Of a stretch of DNA of 43,637 nt, positions 22,945 through 35,039 are shown piece after piece. The stretch comes from Octopus bimaculoides (taxonomy: Eukaryota). The notes beneath the pieces are model-generated. The model was not told where the DNA came from, did no database searches, and saw only the letters and a list, made by a program, of their open reading frames with translations. The stretch lies in contig NC_068985.1 in NCBI RefSeq assembly GCF_001194135.2, positions 83,309,718 to 83,353,354 of the forward strand. Reading direction: 5' to 3'. Positions within the stretch are counted from its first letter, which is position 1, and every line of letters begins with the position of its first letter. The translations under genes were made by a program, and so were the position numbers.

Positions 22945-23455
22945 TGATGATCATCATCGTCTAACGTCCATTTTCCATGCTGGCATGGGTTGGATGGTTT
23001 GACTGGAGACTGGCAAGCCAGGAGGCTGCACTAGGCTCCAATCTGATCTGGCAATGTTTCTACAGCTGGATGCCCTTCCTAATGCCAACCACTCTGAGGG
23101 TGTAGTGGGTGCTTTTTACATGCCACCAGCACAGGAGTCAGTGGGAGCAGGAGGGAGGAGCTGGAAATGACCACATTCAGATGGTGCATTTTATGTGCCA
23201 CTGGCAATGACCCATGCATGAATGGTGCTTATTGTGTGCCACCAACATAAGAGCCAGTGAGGCGGCACTGGCATCAGCCACAACTACAATTTCCATTTGA
23301 TTGTGATTTGATTTTTGATGTTTGATTTTGTCTGACTTAATAGGTCTCCTCAACAACTGCGTATCATCCGACGATTCAAAGGTACTTTTTAAATGGGCTG
23401 GTTATGTGACACTGGTATAGGCTACGACTGTGATCTCACTTGACTTGCTGGGTCT
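22945..23455 (-). mobile_element. RTE-clade LINE 3' UTR with (GAT)n tail
   Basis: The reverse complement starts gacccagcaagtcaagtgagatc (as at 22143-22165), contains gccagtg..ctggctc..gtggcac modules, and ends ggaagggcatccagctgtagaaac...ccatgccagcatggaaaatggacgttagacgatgatgat. Confidence 0.8.
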
Positions 23456-23472
23456 ATATATATATATATATA

Positions 23473-23609
23473 GGCACAGGAGTGGCCTTGTGGTAAGTAG
23501 CTTGCTTACCAACCACATGCCTTGCGCATGTATCATCTACTATAGCCTCAGGCTGATCAAAGCCTTGTGAGTGAATTTGGTAGACAGAAACTGAAAGAAG
23601 CCCATCATA

Positions 23610-23684
<75 letters not shown>

Positions 23685-23830
23685 GTGTGAATATGTTAGT
23701 GTGGCTGTGTTAGTCCCAGCAACATCGCTTGACAACCAATTTTGGTACATTTATGTCTGTGTAACTTTGCAGTTCAGGAAAAGAAACTGATAGAATAAGT
23801 ACTGGGTTTACAAAGAATAAGTCTTGGGAT
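23473..23830 (+). mobile_element. SINE family A with internal (CA)n(TA)n
   Basis: Head ggcacaggagtggccttgtggtaagtagc, an internal deletion, and 3' part aacatcgcttgacaacc...gatagaataagtact. Confidence 0.85.
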
Positions 23831-23834
23831 CAGT

Positions 23835-23974
23835 TTGTGTTAGGAAGAGCATCCAGTTAAGTTGTAGAAGCATTGTCAGATCACATTGGAGCCTGGTGCA
23901 GCCACTGGCATCCCAGACCTCAGTCAAACCATTCAGCCCATGCCAGCATGGAAAACAGACATTAAATGATGATT

Positions 23975-23975
<1 letters not shown>
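23835..23975 (+). mobile_element. RTE-clade LINE extreme 3' end
   Basis: gttaggaagagcatccag...ggagcctggtgcagcc...ccatgccagcatggaaaacagacattaaatgatgat. Confidence 0.75.
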
Positions 23976-24019
<44 letters not shown>

Positions 24020-24344
24020 TGAGAAGTTGATTGTTATAGCCAGTCAGAGAGTAATCATTGGTTCTGCACCTATAAAGCACTTTATAGGTGTGAAATCAAC
24101 AGCCACATTCCTCAAATATGTATTACAACTGTAATGTTTTAGAGCATGCTTCTGTTTTGAATATATGAACTACTGATTATATATATATATATGCATATAT
24201 GGGTACAGGACATCACCAATGGTGCAAATAACATGAAATATGTAAACAATGAGAAAAGAATGGAAAACAGGACAAGTAAATACAGAGAAAAGACCCTTCA
24301 TCAGTTGTTGGCTGCCTTTCTGTTCCTCATTTCGAGGTCCTTAC

Positions 24345-24510
24345 CACTACTGCTTGACAACTGTTGTTAGTGTGTTTACATCCCAATAACTTAGCAGTTT
24401 CCTAAAAGAGGCTGATAGAATAAGTACCAGGCTTATAGTTTTACTAGACCCTTCAAGACAGTGTCTCAGCATGGCTGCAGTCTAATAACTGTAACAAATA
24501 AAAAATAAAT
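24345..24510 (+). mobile_element. SINE family A, 3' part
   Basis: gcttgacaactg...gtgtttacatccc..taacttagcag...gatagaataagtaccaggctt...cagcatggctgcagtc. Confidence 0.75.
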
Positions 24511-25044
24511 GGTATTAAAATATCTATAGGAAAAATCATTGTTTTAGTTATGTACAAAATATGATTCAAAAATCACTAGTGCCTGCATAATGATAAAAAA
24601 TTAAAATTATCAAGAACAAGTTTTAAAATTAAATATTTTCAAACATGTAAGACAAATCTATTAGCCAGTAGATATTTTTTTAATTTTCAGCACAAATTTC
24701 TTTAAATGCCTTTAAGAACAAATGAATTTAAACATTTTGTAAGCCTTCAAACCTATCAATAAAATGGACATTCTCTTGGTCAGAGAAAGGGAATAAAGGA
24801 AATTTGATCAGGAGTCACCATATGTGTTTGTAGAAGCAAAAGCATGAACTGATGACTGAATTCTAAAAGCAATGGTCTTTGTGTATTGTATGGCCCAAAT
24901 ATACCTGGATAAAATTGTATTGTATCTTCTTTTAGGTTTTATGGATATACTGGTAATACATAGCCTAAAATAAGTTTTCGGTATGCCCAGTAAAGGATTT
25001 TGACTATAAAAGGAAATGTCAGCAGTATAGACAGAATTGTCTCT

Positions 25045-25632
25045 AATATAAACATGAGGCCAACAATTTTAAGGTGAAGGGATTTGTCCATTACATCAAC
25101 CCCAGCATTTGACTGACACTATTTTATCAATTCTTGAGGGATAAAGGGCAAACGTTGACCTCAGTGGAATTTGAACTAAGAATGTAAAGAGCCAGAGCAA
25201 ATACTGCAATGCAAGGCCATGAATTTAAGATATAAACATATTCAGTTGAACCGTCCTCGTTACTTGTCTGGTACTTACTTTATCAACTTTTGGAAGATGA
25301 AATGCAGAAATAACCTCATTTAGATTTGAACTCACAATATAAAAGTATATAATATGGCCAATGTTCTATCATTCAACCAATTCACTGCTTTAATAATAAT
25401 AATGCTAATCTTTTCTACTAAAGGCACAAGGCCATCAATTTCTGGAGAACGGTTAAGTCAATTACATCCATTCTAGTGCTCAACAAGTATTTGTTTTATT
25501 GATCCCAAAAGGATGAAAAGCAAAGTTGACTTCAGCAGAGCTTGAACTCTGAACATGAAGACAGACAAAATGCCACTAAGCATTTTGCTCAGTGTGCTAA
25601 CGATTCTGCCAGATTGCCTGATGATGATGATG

Positions 25633-25690
<58 letters not shown>

Positions 25691-26215
25691 TAACAATAAT
25701 AATAATAATAATAATAATTAAATTAATAATAATAATTGTTTCTAAATGAAGCACACTGCCAGCTGTTTTGAAGTGAAGGGGCTCATCAGTTACATCAATC
25801 CCAGTACTTGACTGGTATTCTGTTTTATTTGTCTCTGGAATGACAAAGGCCAAAGTTTACATTGGCAGGATTCAAATGCACAGTATAAAGAACCAGATTA
25901 AACACAGCAAGGTATCATGTCCAATGTTCTTGCAATTCTTCCAACTCACTGTCATCTAAATGATTGCTTCTAGCATAAGCAAAAGACCAGTAAATTTTGG
26001 TGAGGTGAGAGGTAGGGGAGGTTGAGGAGTGGTGTGTTAATTATATACACTGCGTTATTTAGCAGGTAGACTATTTTGTTGACTTGGAAAGACGTAAAGC
26101 AAAATTGACCTCTTTAGAATTTAAAATCAGAACGTAGAATGCCATGACAAGTCTCATAAGGTATTTTATGTGATGCTTCATTGATTCTGCTAATCTACTA
26201 CAGTAATAATAATAA
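25045..26215 (-). mobile_element. Second, older head-to-tail cluster of about 5 SINE family B copies with (AAT)n spacers
   Basis: Approximate units: 25045-25210, 25210-25390, 25407-25620, 25736-25960, 25962-26200. The best-preserved unit has ggatgaaaagcaaagttgacttc...gaactctga; long (AAT)n at 25620-25735. Confidence 0.8.
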
Positions 26216-26580
26216 TAACAACAACAACAAGGATAAGAGGTAAAAATGTCAAATATTGTTTTGTTTCCTTGAGGTTGTCTAACATACATGTTCTTATTGA
26301 TAATATAAATTGCTTAAATAATAAATACAAATAATAAAAACGTGTAAGAAGTCAACTTAGATTTTAATACACACAGTGTCTTCTTCTTATTATTAAATTT
26401 TGATAAAAATTTACATATATAAAAATACATGAATACATGAAAGTAATTTATATAGATATACATTATGTGAGCATGTATAAAATGTATTACATATTTACAT
26501 AAAGATAAATTTAAGTAGATACACATAAGTGCATGTATTTTTATTACCTTGCATATGCATGCATGCATCTACATTATGTA

Positions 26581-26644
<64 letters not shown>

Positions 26645-26806
26645 AAGATATAGTTATAAAATATAGTGACATTTTGAAAATTTTATGCATACACAGCTTT
26701 GCAATATGTAAACATAAATATTTGCACTTATATACATTAAATATACCTATTATACACATGTTTGTGCATATATATGTGTGTGTATGTGTGAGGTTATACA
26801 CATTAC

Positions 26807-26871
<65 letters not shown>

Positions 26872-27841
26872 TTTACATTAAATAAGGACACATTATATAC
26901 TCTGTGTGTGTGTTTGAATAATGTATGCATAAATGCAGTTATAATTTATATACTTACATTAATTTATAATTTGTATACATGCATATGTACATTTATATTT
27001 CATGAACATCTACATTAGATACACATATATATAATGTACTCATAGATATTACATATACATATACATATTCCATTATATTACAACATATATATATATGTAT
27101 GTATGTATGAATACATTTAGAGTGATAAATTGTTCATGAAGATTGCTTAAGACACAGAAAAAAATGCTGCAGATGAATAACTTATTTTTCTATTAATGAA
27201 AATTGACATAAATTATCTATTACACCTTTTAACTAAAGATTAACATAAGTTTTACACTTCAAATGAGAAAATAAATGAATATATGATACACATAAATAGA
27301 TTATAACATACAAAATACCAGCCTCCACCCTTACAAAAAATAATTTATGCAAATGTTAGATTAATCTATCAAGTTCTAAGCCGTTTGTGTTGCTGTTCAA
27401 CATTTTGTAGTTAAATCATTCTAAGGAGCCAATATACCTACGAAAGAATTATTGATTTATTTGATTTATTTCTTTGGTAAAGGGCTACAAATTTACAGAA
27501 GGAAAACAAGTGTGAGAATGTGTGCCTTCATCACTTTTCCATAAGACATATTACATTGGTTTGACGTAATTTTTACTTTTCTTCAACTTTTATTATTTTG
27601 TTTTTTTTATTTTCACCCTTCCATCTGATCTTTGCATAAAAACAAGTAGATCAATGGCTAAATCTGTAGAGGGCCAGACAAAAATACTTCGTGATATTTG
27701 AGTATATTCATGTATATTCTGAGTTCAAATTCTGTCTATCTTCATTTTGTGGTTAATCAATTTTATCTCTATAACATTCATTGTACAAGATTGACCATCT
27801 GGAAGTTATAACATGCATTTGCAAACTTTATGCATAAATTC

Positions 27842-28160
27842 TTTTATTTTTTCGGTCATTTGACTGTGGCCATGCTGGAGCACTATCTTAAAGGGTGTTA
27901 ATCAAAGAAATTGACCCCAGAACACACACACACACATATATTACAACAGGCTTCTTTCAATTTCTGTCTACCAAATCCACTCACAAGGCTTTGATTGGCC
28001 TGAAGCTATAGTAGAAGTCACTTGCCCAAGGTGCCGCACAGTGGGACTGAACCCAGAACCATGTGGTAGGGAAGTAAGCTTCTTACCACAGAGCCATGCC
28101 TGTACCTATATACACAGCCACACCTGCGCCTATATACACAGCCATGCTTTTTCCTATATG
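27842..28160 (-). mobile_element. SINE family A (antisense) with triplicated 24-bp 5' end
   Basis: ccaaatccactcacaaggc...cttgcccaaggtgcc.cacagtgggactgaaccc; three tandem cagcca..cctg..cctatatac units at 28090-28160. Confidence 0.85.
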
Positions 28161-28208
28161 TAACCATTTATATGTAAATATATTACATACATGATATAAT
28201 CGATCCAT

Positions 28209-28281
<73 letters not shown>

Positions 28282-28331
28282 NNNNNNNNNNNNNNNNNNN
28301 NTATATACATACATACAACAGATACATACAC

Positions 28332-28376
<45 letters not shown>

Positions 28377-28584
28377 ATAGATACATACATATATATACAT
28401 AACAAAAATACACATAGAGAAAATCACATCTTTAATTGTAGAATTCACCATACAAGGCCAATAATTGTTTCTGTTGTCTTATCATATAAAAATATAGAAA
28501 TATTGAAATTAATATCTCTGAAAATGCATGCTAGCACAACATTTTCAAGGCAAAGTCAACTAAGTGAACTAAGGAAATATTTCT

Positions 28585-28803
28585 AGTATACAAACACATA
28601 CAAGAAGACCATTGAGAAGAAATATAATCTAATGTGACTCGACAGGCACTTGACTGGAACCTGCAGGGGAAAAGGAAGCGAGAACACCTGAAGCAGACAT
28701 GGAAGTGGAGCATTTTGGACAAGCTCAGGACCACCGGTCTGACATGGGAAGCAGCCAAGACTGCAAAAAGTGGAAAATAACTGTTGAGGCCCTATGCTCC
28801 ACA
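28585..28803 (+). mobile_element. RTE-clade LINE ORF C-terminal fragment
   Basis: VTRQALDWNLQGKRKREHLKQTWKWS...GLTWE and, in another frame, WKITVEALCST, matching the RTE consensus QALDWNPQGKRKRGRPKQTW...VEALC. Confidence 0.8.
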
Positions 28804-28804
28804 A

Positions 28805-28941
28805 GCACCTTGGTCAAGTGTCTTCTGCTATAGCCTCAGGCCAACCAAAGCATTGTGAGTAGATTTGGAAGATGGAAACTGAAACAAGCCTATCGTATAT
28901 ATATGTATGCATAGATATATATGTATGTATATATATCTATG

Positions 28942-28999
<58 letters not shown>

Positions 29000-29335
29000 T
29001 GTGTTTGTGTCTGTGCTTGTCCCTCATCGCCACTAGATGTCCCCAAAATGTAGCAGTTCAGTAAAAGTAACTGATAGAATAAGTGCCAGGCTTTAAAGAA
29101 AACAGGTACTGGGCTTGATTCATTTGACTAAAATCCTTCAAAGCAGTGCCCCAGCATGTCCACAGTGAAATGACTGAAACAAAAGAAAGGAAAAGGAAGA
29201 ATATAGCTACAGGCATGGCTGTGCAGTTAAGGAACTCTCTTTGCAATCATGTAACTTCAGGTTCAGCCCCACTACTTGGCACCTTGAGCAAATATGTTCT
29301 ACTATAGTCCTTGGCTAACCAAAACTGGAAACTGT
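28805..29335 (+). mobile_element. Two SINE family A copies (28805-29195 with internal (TG)n; 29210-29335 partial)
   Basis: Family A CORE-like and 3' motifs are present in both copies. Confidence 0.8.
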
Positions 29336-29672
29336 GTGGAAGTTCATGATATATGTGTGTGTGTGTGCGTGTGTGTTGTACTTGTTCCTCCTCCCACTAA
29401 CAATCACTTGGTAATCCTTTATATTTTTAAGTCCCTCTAACTTAGCAGTGCAGCATAGACAGAGATAGATTAAACAATTACAGGTAAAGAAGTGGCTGCC
29501 CACACTTTTTTCTGCAAAATAGGGGTAATTTATCTTGTTCAGGCTATATTATTAACATTATCCTGCATTTGAGAATTTAAAGTCACTTCTTTAACTTTCT
29601 AAGACATTTCAACACTTCTAAAATTAAACTTCGTTTGTTTGTTTACGTATTATCGTAATTTGAATTTAATTA

Positions 29673-29902
29673 CAGGTAAGTTCACCGCCACCAATTCACC
29701 ACAGGGAAAGTTCACCATGAGGAAAGTTCACTGCAAGGAAAGTTTACCAAGAAAATATATCCATAGTATCTCACTACTAACAGTAAAAAACCATTTTCTT
29801 GAAAAATAAAAACGAGAGAAAATGAGAGCAAGTTGAAAAATATGTCAAAATATTTGTACAATGAACTTTCCCTGTGATGAAATGATGACTGAACTTACCA
29901 GA
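29673..29902. mobile_element. MITE with about 40-bp imperfect TIRs and subterminal ggaaagttcacc repeats
   Basis: Left end caggtaagttcacc...cacagggaaagttca; right end tgaactttccctgtgatg...tgaacttaccag. The motif repeats at about 16-bp spacing on the left. Confidence 0.75.
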
Positions 29903-30034
29903 TATGGATTAAACACTAGACATAAGAATAAGTACTGGGGTTGATTTGTTTGACTTAGATCATTTCTTTAATTTTTATCTTAAAAGAAAAAGATAAATAA
30001 TAAATATAACCAATCTTTTTCTTTTTATCACTGA

Positions 30035-30243
30035 GTGAAGGAGGAAGGCAAAACTGATGAGAATATACAAGCATGGTTTACTTGAACCAGAGATCTAGCC
30101 TGAAAGCTAGTAACAGAATGGACTCTGCTAAATTCACCCTAGGTGCCAAGTGGTGGCAATACATTGAGCGATTCATTAAGTCTGTTACCAAGCGTAGTCT
30201 TATGAATAGCAAGCTACCTTTTAAGTTGACTGAGCTAATGTAG
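30035..30243 (+). pseudogene. Possible decayed BEL/Pao LTR-retrotransposon integrase fragment
   Basis: ENIQAWFT*TRDLA*KLVTE followed by AKWWQYIERFIKSVTKRSLMNSKLPF resembles the BEL integrase motif WKFI.E.APWWGG..ERL.RSVKR.L....KL.F. The match is short and frameshifted. Confidence 0.45.
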
Positions 30244-30307
30244 AAGCTTACCATTTCTGTAACAGAATGAAGAGAGAAAACAATCTTCAAAAAATTTATA
30301 TATAAGT

Positions 30308-30543
30308 GCAGGAGGAGTGGCTGTGTGGTAAGTAGCTTGCTTACTAACCACATGGTTCTGGGTTCAGTCCCACTGCGTGGCACCTTGGGCAAGTGTCTTC
30401 TTCTATAGCCTCGGGCCGACCAAAGCCTTGTGAGTGGATTTGGTAGATGGAAACTGAAAGAAGCTCGTCGTATATATGTATATATATGTGTATATGTTGT
30501 GTATCTGTGTTTCTCCACACAAAATCGCTTGACAACCGATGTT
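30308..30543 (+). mobile_element. SINE family A, 3'-truncated and abutting a Tc1 fragment
   Basis: Near-consensus head and CORE-like segment; ends at cgcttgacaaccgatgttg. Confidence 0.9.
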
Positions 30544-31219
30544 GCAAACAATTTAGGGTGGAGTAGAAACCTACATAATTGGTCCTAGAGCAGTGGGAGA
30601 ATGTTATTTTCTTGGACGAGCCATCCTTTACCTTATTTCCGACCACCGACCGAGTATACGTGTGGAGACAGCCAAAAGAAGCATTTGACCAAGACTACTT
30701 TCTTCCAACTCTTAAACATTGAAAAAGATCTGTGATGATCTAGGGTGGCTATATCTTGGAAATCTGCTGGCCCAGTGGTTTTCCTTCATTGCAGAACAAA
30801 TAGTCAAGACTATTTAAGCATTTTATTTGATAAAATTCATTTTATGGTTGCAGAACTGTTTCTGGAGGGAAATGCAATCTTTCAGGATGATAGTTCACCA
30901 AGTCACACAGCTAAAGTTGTTACTGAATGGCACGAGGAACATTCTAATGAAGTTGAACATCTTATCTAGCCACCACAGTTCCCAGATCTCAATGTTGTTG
31001 AACATTTATGGGGCATTTTAGAAAAACAAGTAAGGAGTTGATATCCTCCACCATCATCACTACAAGAACTGGAGACTGTTTTAGGTGAAGAATGGACAAA
31101 AATTCCGTTGGAAACAATTCAAACTTTGTACAAGTCCATACCTCATAGAATTCAAGCTGTAATTACTGCCAAAATAGTTTGAAATTTTAAGGTGTCTCCA
31201 TTATTTTGTCCAACTCCTG
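30544..31219 (+). mobile_element. 5'-truncated Tc1-type transposon with DD36E catalytic spacing
   Basis: WENVIFLDEPSF...YVWRQ...FQDDSSPSHTAKVVTEWHEEHSNEVEHLI*PPQFPDLNVVEHLW...IPHRIQAVITAK. There are 36 residues between the second D and the E. 3' TIR ...ccattattttgtccaactcctg followed by TA. Confidence 0.9.
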
Positions 31220-31235
31220 TATATATACTGTACAC

Positions 31236-31277
<42 letters not shown>

Positions 31278-31872
31278 ACCTGTGTACATATGTATACATA
31301 TGTGCATATATGTACGTATACATACATCTACATATGTATATATGTATGTATATACACATGTATATATGTATGTATGTGTACCTCTACATATGTAGACATG
31401 TGTGTATATAAATGTATAATTGTTGTATAAATATATAGGTGAGCATGCATGTTGGTATATAGGTATATATATATATATATTTGTCACTCTATCTGTCTGT
31501 CTCTTTCTCCCCCCCCTCTCTCTCTCTACACACACACATACATACATATATGTATATACACGCATTGTCTGATATACATTTCTGAGGAGTATTAAAGTAT
31601 TAACAGGAGGGCCTTTATTCCTTCTCGATGTCACCAAAACTTTTCCGTGTTTATAGTATAAAAGAAGCAGTAGACTAGATCTCTAAAAGGATAATAATAG
31701 GTGATGTAAAGGGATTTGATTTCTGCTGCGTGTAATTGAAACCTGCTCTGTGAGCCTCAAGCACCCAATATAGCTTAACTCATACTCTATTGTGTTTTTC
31801 ACAGCACAACATGCGTTAAGATATTGTATTCAAATAGCTCTTATGATACACATACAAGTATTTATGTAAACA

Positions 31873-31916
<44 letters not shown>

Positions 31917-31969
31917 CATACATACATATGTGTGTGTAAATATACATGTATATATATCATATATTATAT

Positions 31970-32027
<58 letters not shown>

Positions 32028-33087
32028 AGATATGTGTATGTATATATATACACACTTTAATATATGCAGATAAATAAATGTATTCATTGACACATATATA
32101 AGATCAGTATCAATATGTAATTGTGTGTGTGTGTGTATATATGCAACTATAAATATATATATAAATTCACAACATAGCATAGATGTTTACATACGCAATA
32201 ATAATAACATTAATATCTACACACACACACACATGCACACACACGCACACACATGCACACACACACACACACACACACGCATACACACACATCTATATTC
32301 TTCAACATAGATAAAAATTTGCATGACATGAATAGGAATATGCATGTATGTCTGTGTATGAATACATATTCTGCATCATAGATAAGAAATTGTACATAAC
32401 AACGAATGATCGGTCCAAATAGATCCATTTAATATTATCTTCTAGGTTTATTTAGTAAAATTAAATAAAATTTTATACAGAAACCTTAATAAAAAAAAAA
32501 GAATATGCAAGTAATCAACATGAAAACAAATTATGATCACAAGTCAACACCTACGTTATAACAATAACAACAAGGAAAACAATAATGTCAAATACTGGTG
32601 ATGTTCAGAGCAATAATAAAGAATATGTATAATAAAGACATTAAGATTACAGAAGTTAGAAAATGGTGAGGAAAATATATAATATGTATATGAATAAATG
32701 AAAATTAAAAGTTTAAGTCATATTTTTGTAGATAAACAGTTTTAATGATTGAGGTGAATAGGGAAACATACATACATGACAGCAGCATGTCAAATGCGGC
32801 TGTTTATGATCATCCATGTGTGAGTGTGTATTAGCATGTGTATTTGTGTGTAACTATGTATATTTGTTTTTATGTGTGCACCTGCATTTGATTTCATTTA
32901 AATATATGTGTGTGTCCATGTGCATGAATTAATGCGAAATCTTTGGTACTTATTACATAGTGTTATGCAGTTATCTCTGCACTGGGAAATTTTAAACAAT
33001 AGAGGCTTTCATTAATAAATGTTTGCATATAGGTATATATATATATATACACACGTGTGCACACACACACACACATATATATATATA

Positions 33088-33129
<42 letters not shown>

Positions 33130-33281
33130 ATTTTTTTATTTTACCATTTTAATATTTATTACTTTGTACTTTATTGATTTTTAGTATAGATCTTTTTAGT
33201 GTATTTACTTATTAAATTTTTCTAAATGTGATTGTGGATTTTCGTGGATGAATTCAATAATTGTGATTTTTTTCTCTAAAT

Positions 33282-33322
<41 letters not shown>

Positions 33323-33425
33323 ATATATATATTAGGGGAAAAATTTAAAGACAGACCAGACAAGTATCTCAAGTCATTTAGAATAATTTAAGTCGGGTAT
33401 GGTGAATTTGAAGTCTTACAGCCGT

Positions 33426-33724
33426 TTCTGGGATAAACCAAGTGGTAGATTAGTATGTCCATGCACTAGGCATTCTGTCATCAGAGACAAGGTATAAATA
33501 TTTTAGACAGGGAAAATTTACAATTTACAAGGAATAAAATAGAAGAATAAAGGAGTAAATAGAAGTATAAAGAGTAAAAGTACTTAGAAAAATATACTCT
33601 TTATTCTTCTATTTTATTCCTTGGAAACTGTAAATTTCCCTGTCTAAAATATATATACATTGTCTCTGATGATGGAAGGCCCAGTGTGTGGACATACTAG
33701 CCTACTGCTTGGGTTATCCCAGAA
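33426..33724. mobile_element. About 300-bp fold-back (palindromic) element
   Basis: 33426-33552 matches the reverse complement of 33599-33724 at roughly 85%. The inner arm 33558-33576 pairs with 33595-33613, leaving an 18-nt loop. Confidence 0.9.
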
Positions 33725-33777
33725 AAGCATTCAGCAAAAGAATAAGCAGTGTGAGAGACCTTATAAACATATATATA

Positions 33778-34941
33778 CAGGAGGCGGATGGTATTTGATG
33801 ACAGATTTATGATTATAAAAGAACAGCTATATAATAACAGATGATAACTTTATTTATCAAAAAATGCTATGAGGATAAAAATAAACCTTCTTTTCCATAA
33901 TGCTATTAAATAAAGTCACCTTCAGCTTCAACATCTGCTTCTATATGAGAACTAAATCACCTACATGCTCGAATCAAGTGGTCCTGGTTCGTTTTGGACA
34001 TTACTCTGACTATGGCAGCTTTCAAAAAATCTTTGGTGTTATGGGCGTGTACATTGACCTCTCTCTCAACAATGTTCCACATTTACCAATCCAATAGATT
34101 GAGATCTGGGGGATTAGGAGGCCAAATGTTAGGGGTTATGTGATCATGAAAATTTTCATCCATCCATTCCTGTGTTACTAGAGCCATGTGTGATAGTGTG
34201 AAGTCTTACTGAAACACATATAACTTTCCATTGCATACACTGTCTATCCAGGGCTTAAAAATCATTTCCAGGACCTGGATGTAGGCAGCAGAGTTAACTC
34301 TAAGGCCTTGTGGAAAGAAGTAAGGAGGTATCACATGTCCTTCATTGCTGACAACCCCTAAAACCATGACAGTTACAGGAAATTTTGTATGCACAACACT
34401 TGGAACTTCAGAAGGGTCTGCACATAACCATCTGTCATTTCTTCTGTTAGCTTTTTGATCTTGGTCAAAGTTTTTCTCATTTGAGAAAAAGCAAATCAAA
34501 TCTTCTGCTAGATTTTTCAGTTTGTTTAAGAGTCTTTTAGATCTGATGTAGTAATTTTCTTTTGCTTTTTCTGACAAACTGACATTTCCTCATCATATAA
34601 GACTTATATCTGATGTCTTCATGGACAATATTTCTGGTTGTTCCTTCTGACATGGAGATATTTTATAATTGACTTCATGGGCTTTCTGGGATTGTAATCA
34701 ATGGTCTGTTGAACTTGCTGGATAGATGCAGGTGTTCTGATGATTTCAGAGCATTTAGAATGCTTTTCATGCTTTGATATTGGTGATGCATTTCCATCTT
34801 CAGTCTCTAGCTCCTTACAAGCTTTGTAGATGAAAGATCTGACAACTTTTAAAAATCAAGATATTTCTAAATTGTTATGCTCAGCCTTCATAACCACAAT
34901 AACAGCATGCATCTTCATTTCTTGAGTAAGCTGAGGGTTTG
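33778..34941 (-). mobile_element. maT / DD37D Tc1-mariner transposon, near full-length pseudogene (5' end runs into a gap)
   Basis: FFSNEKNFDQDQKANRRNDRW...KFPVTVMVLGVVSNEG...FQ*DFTLSH...WPPNPPDLNLLDW. There are 37 residues between the second and third catalytic D. N-terminal HTH region at 34580-34940; putative 3' end at TA|CAGGAG (33776-33783). Confidence 0.9.
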
Positions 34942-35039
34942 NNNNNNNNNNATATATATATATATATATAGAAAGAGAGAGAGAGAGAGATGGTCACTCA
35001 CTTTACTTATTATATATATTTATTTATCATATATATATT

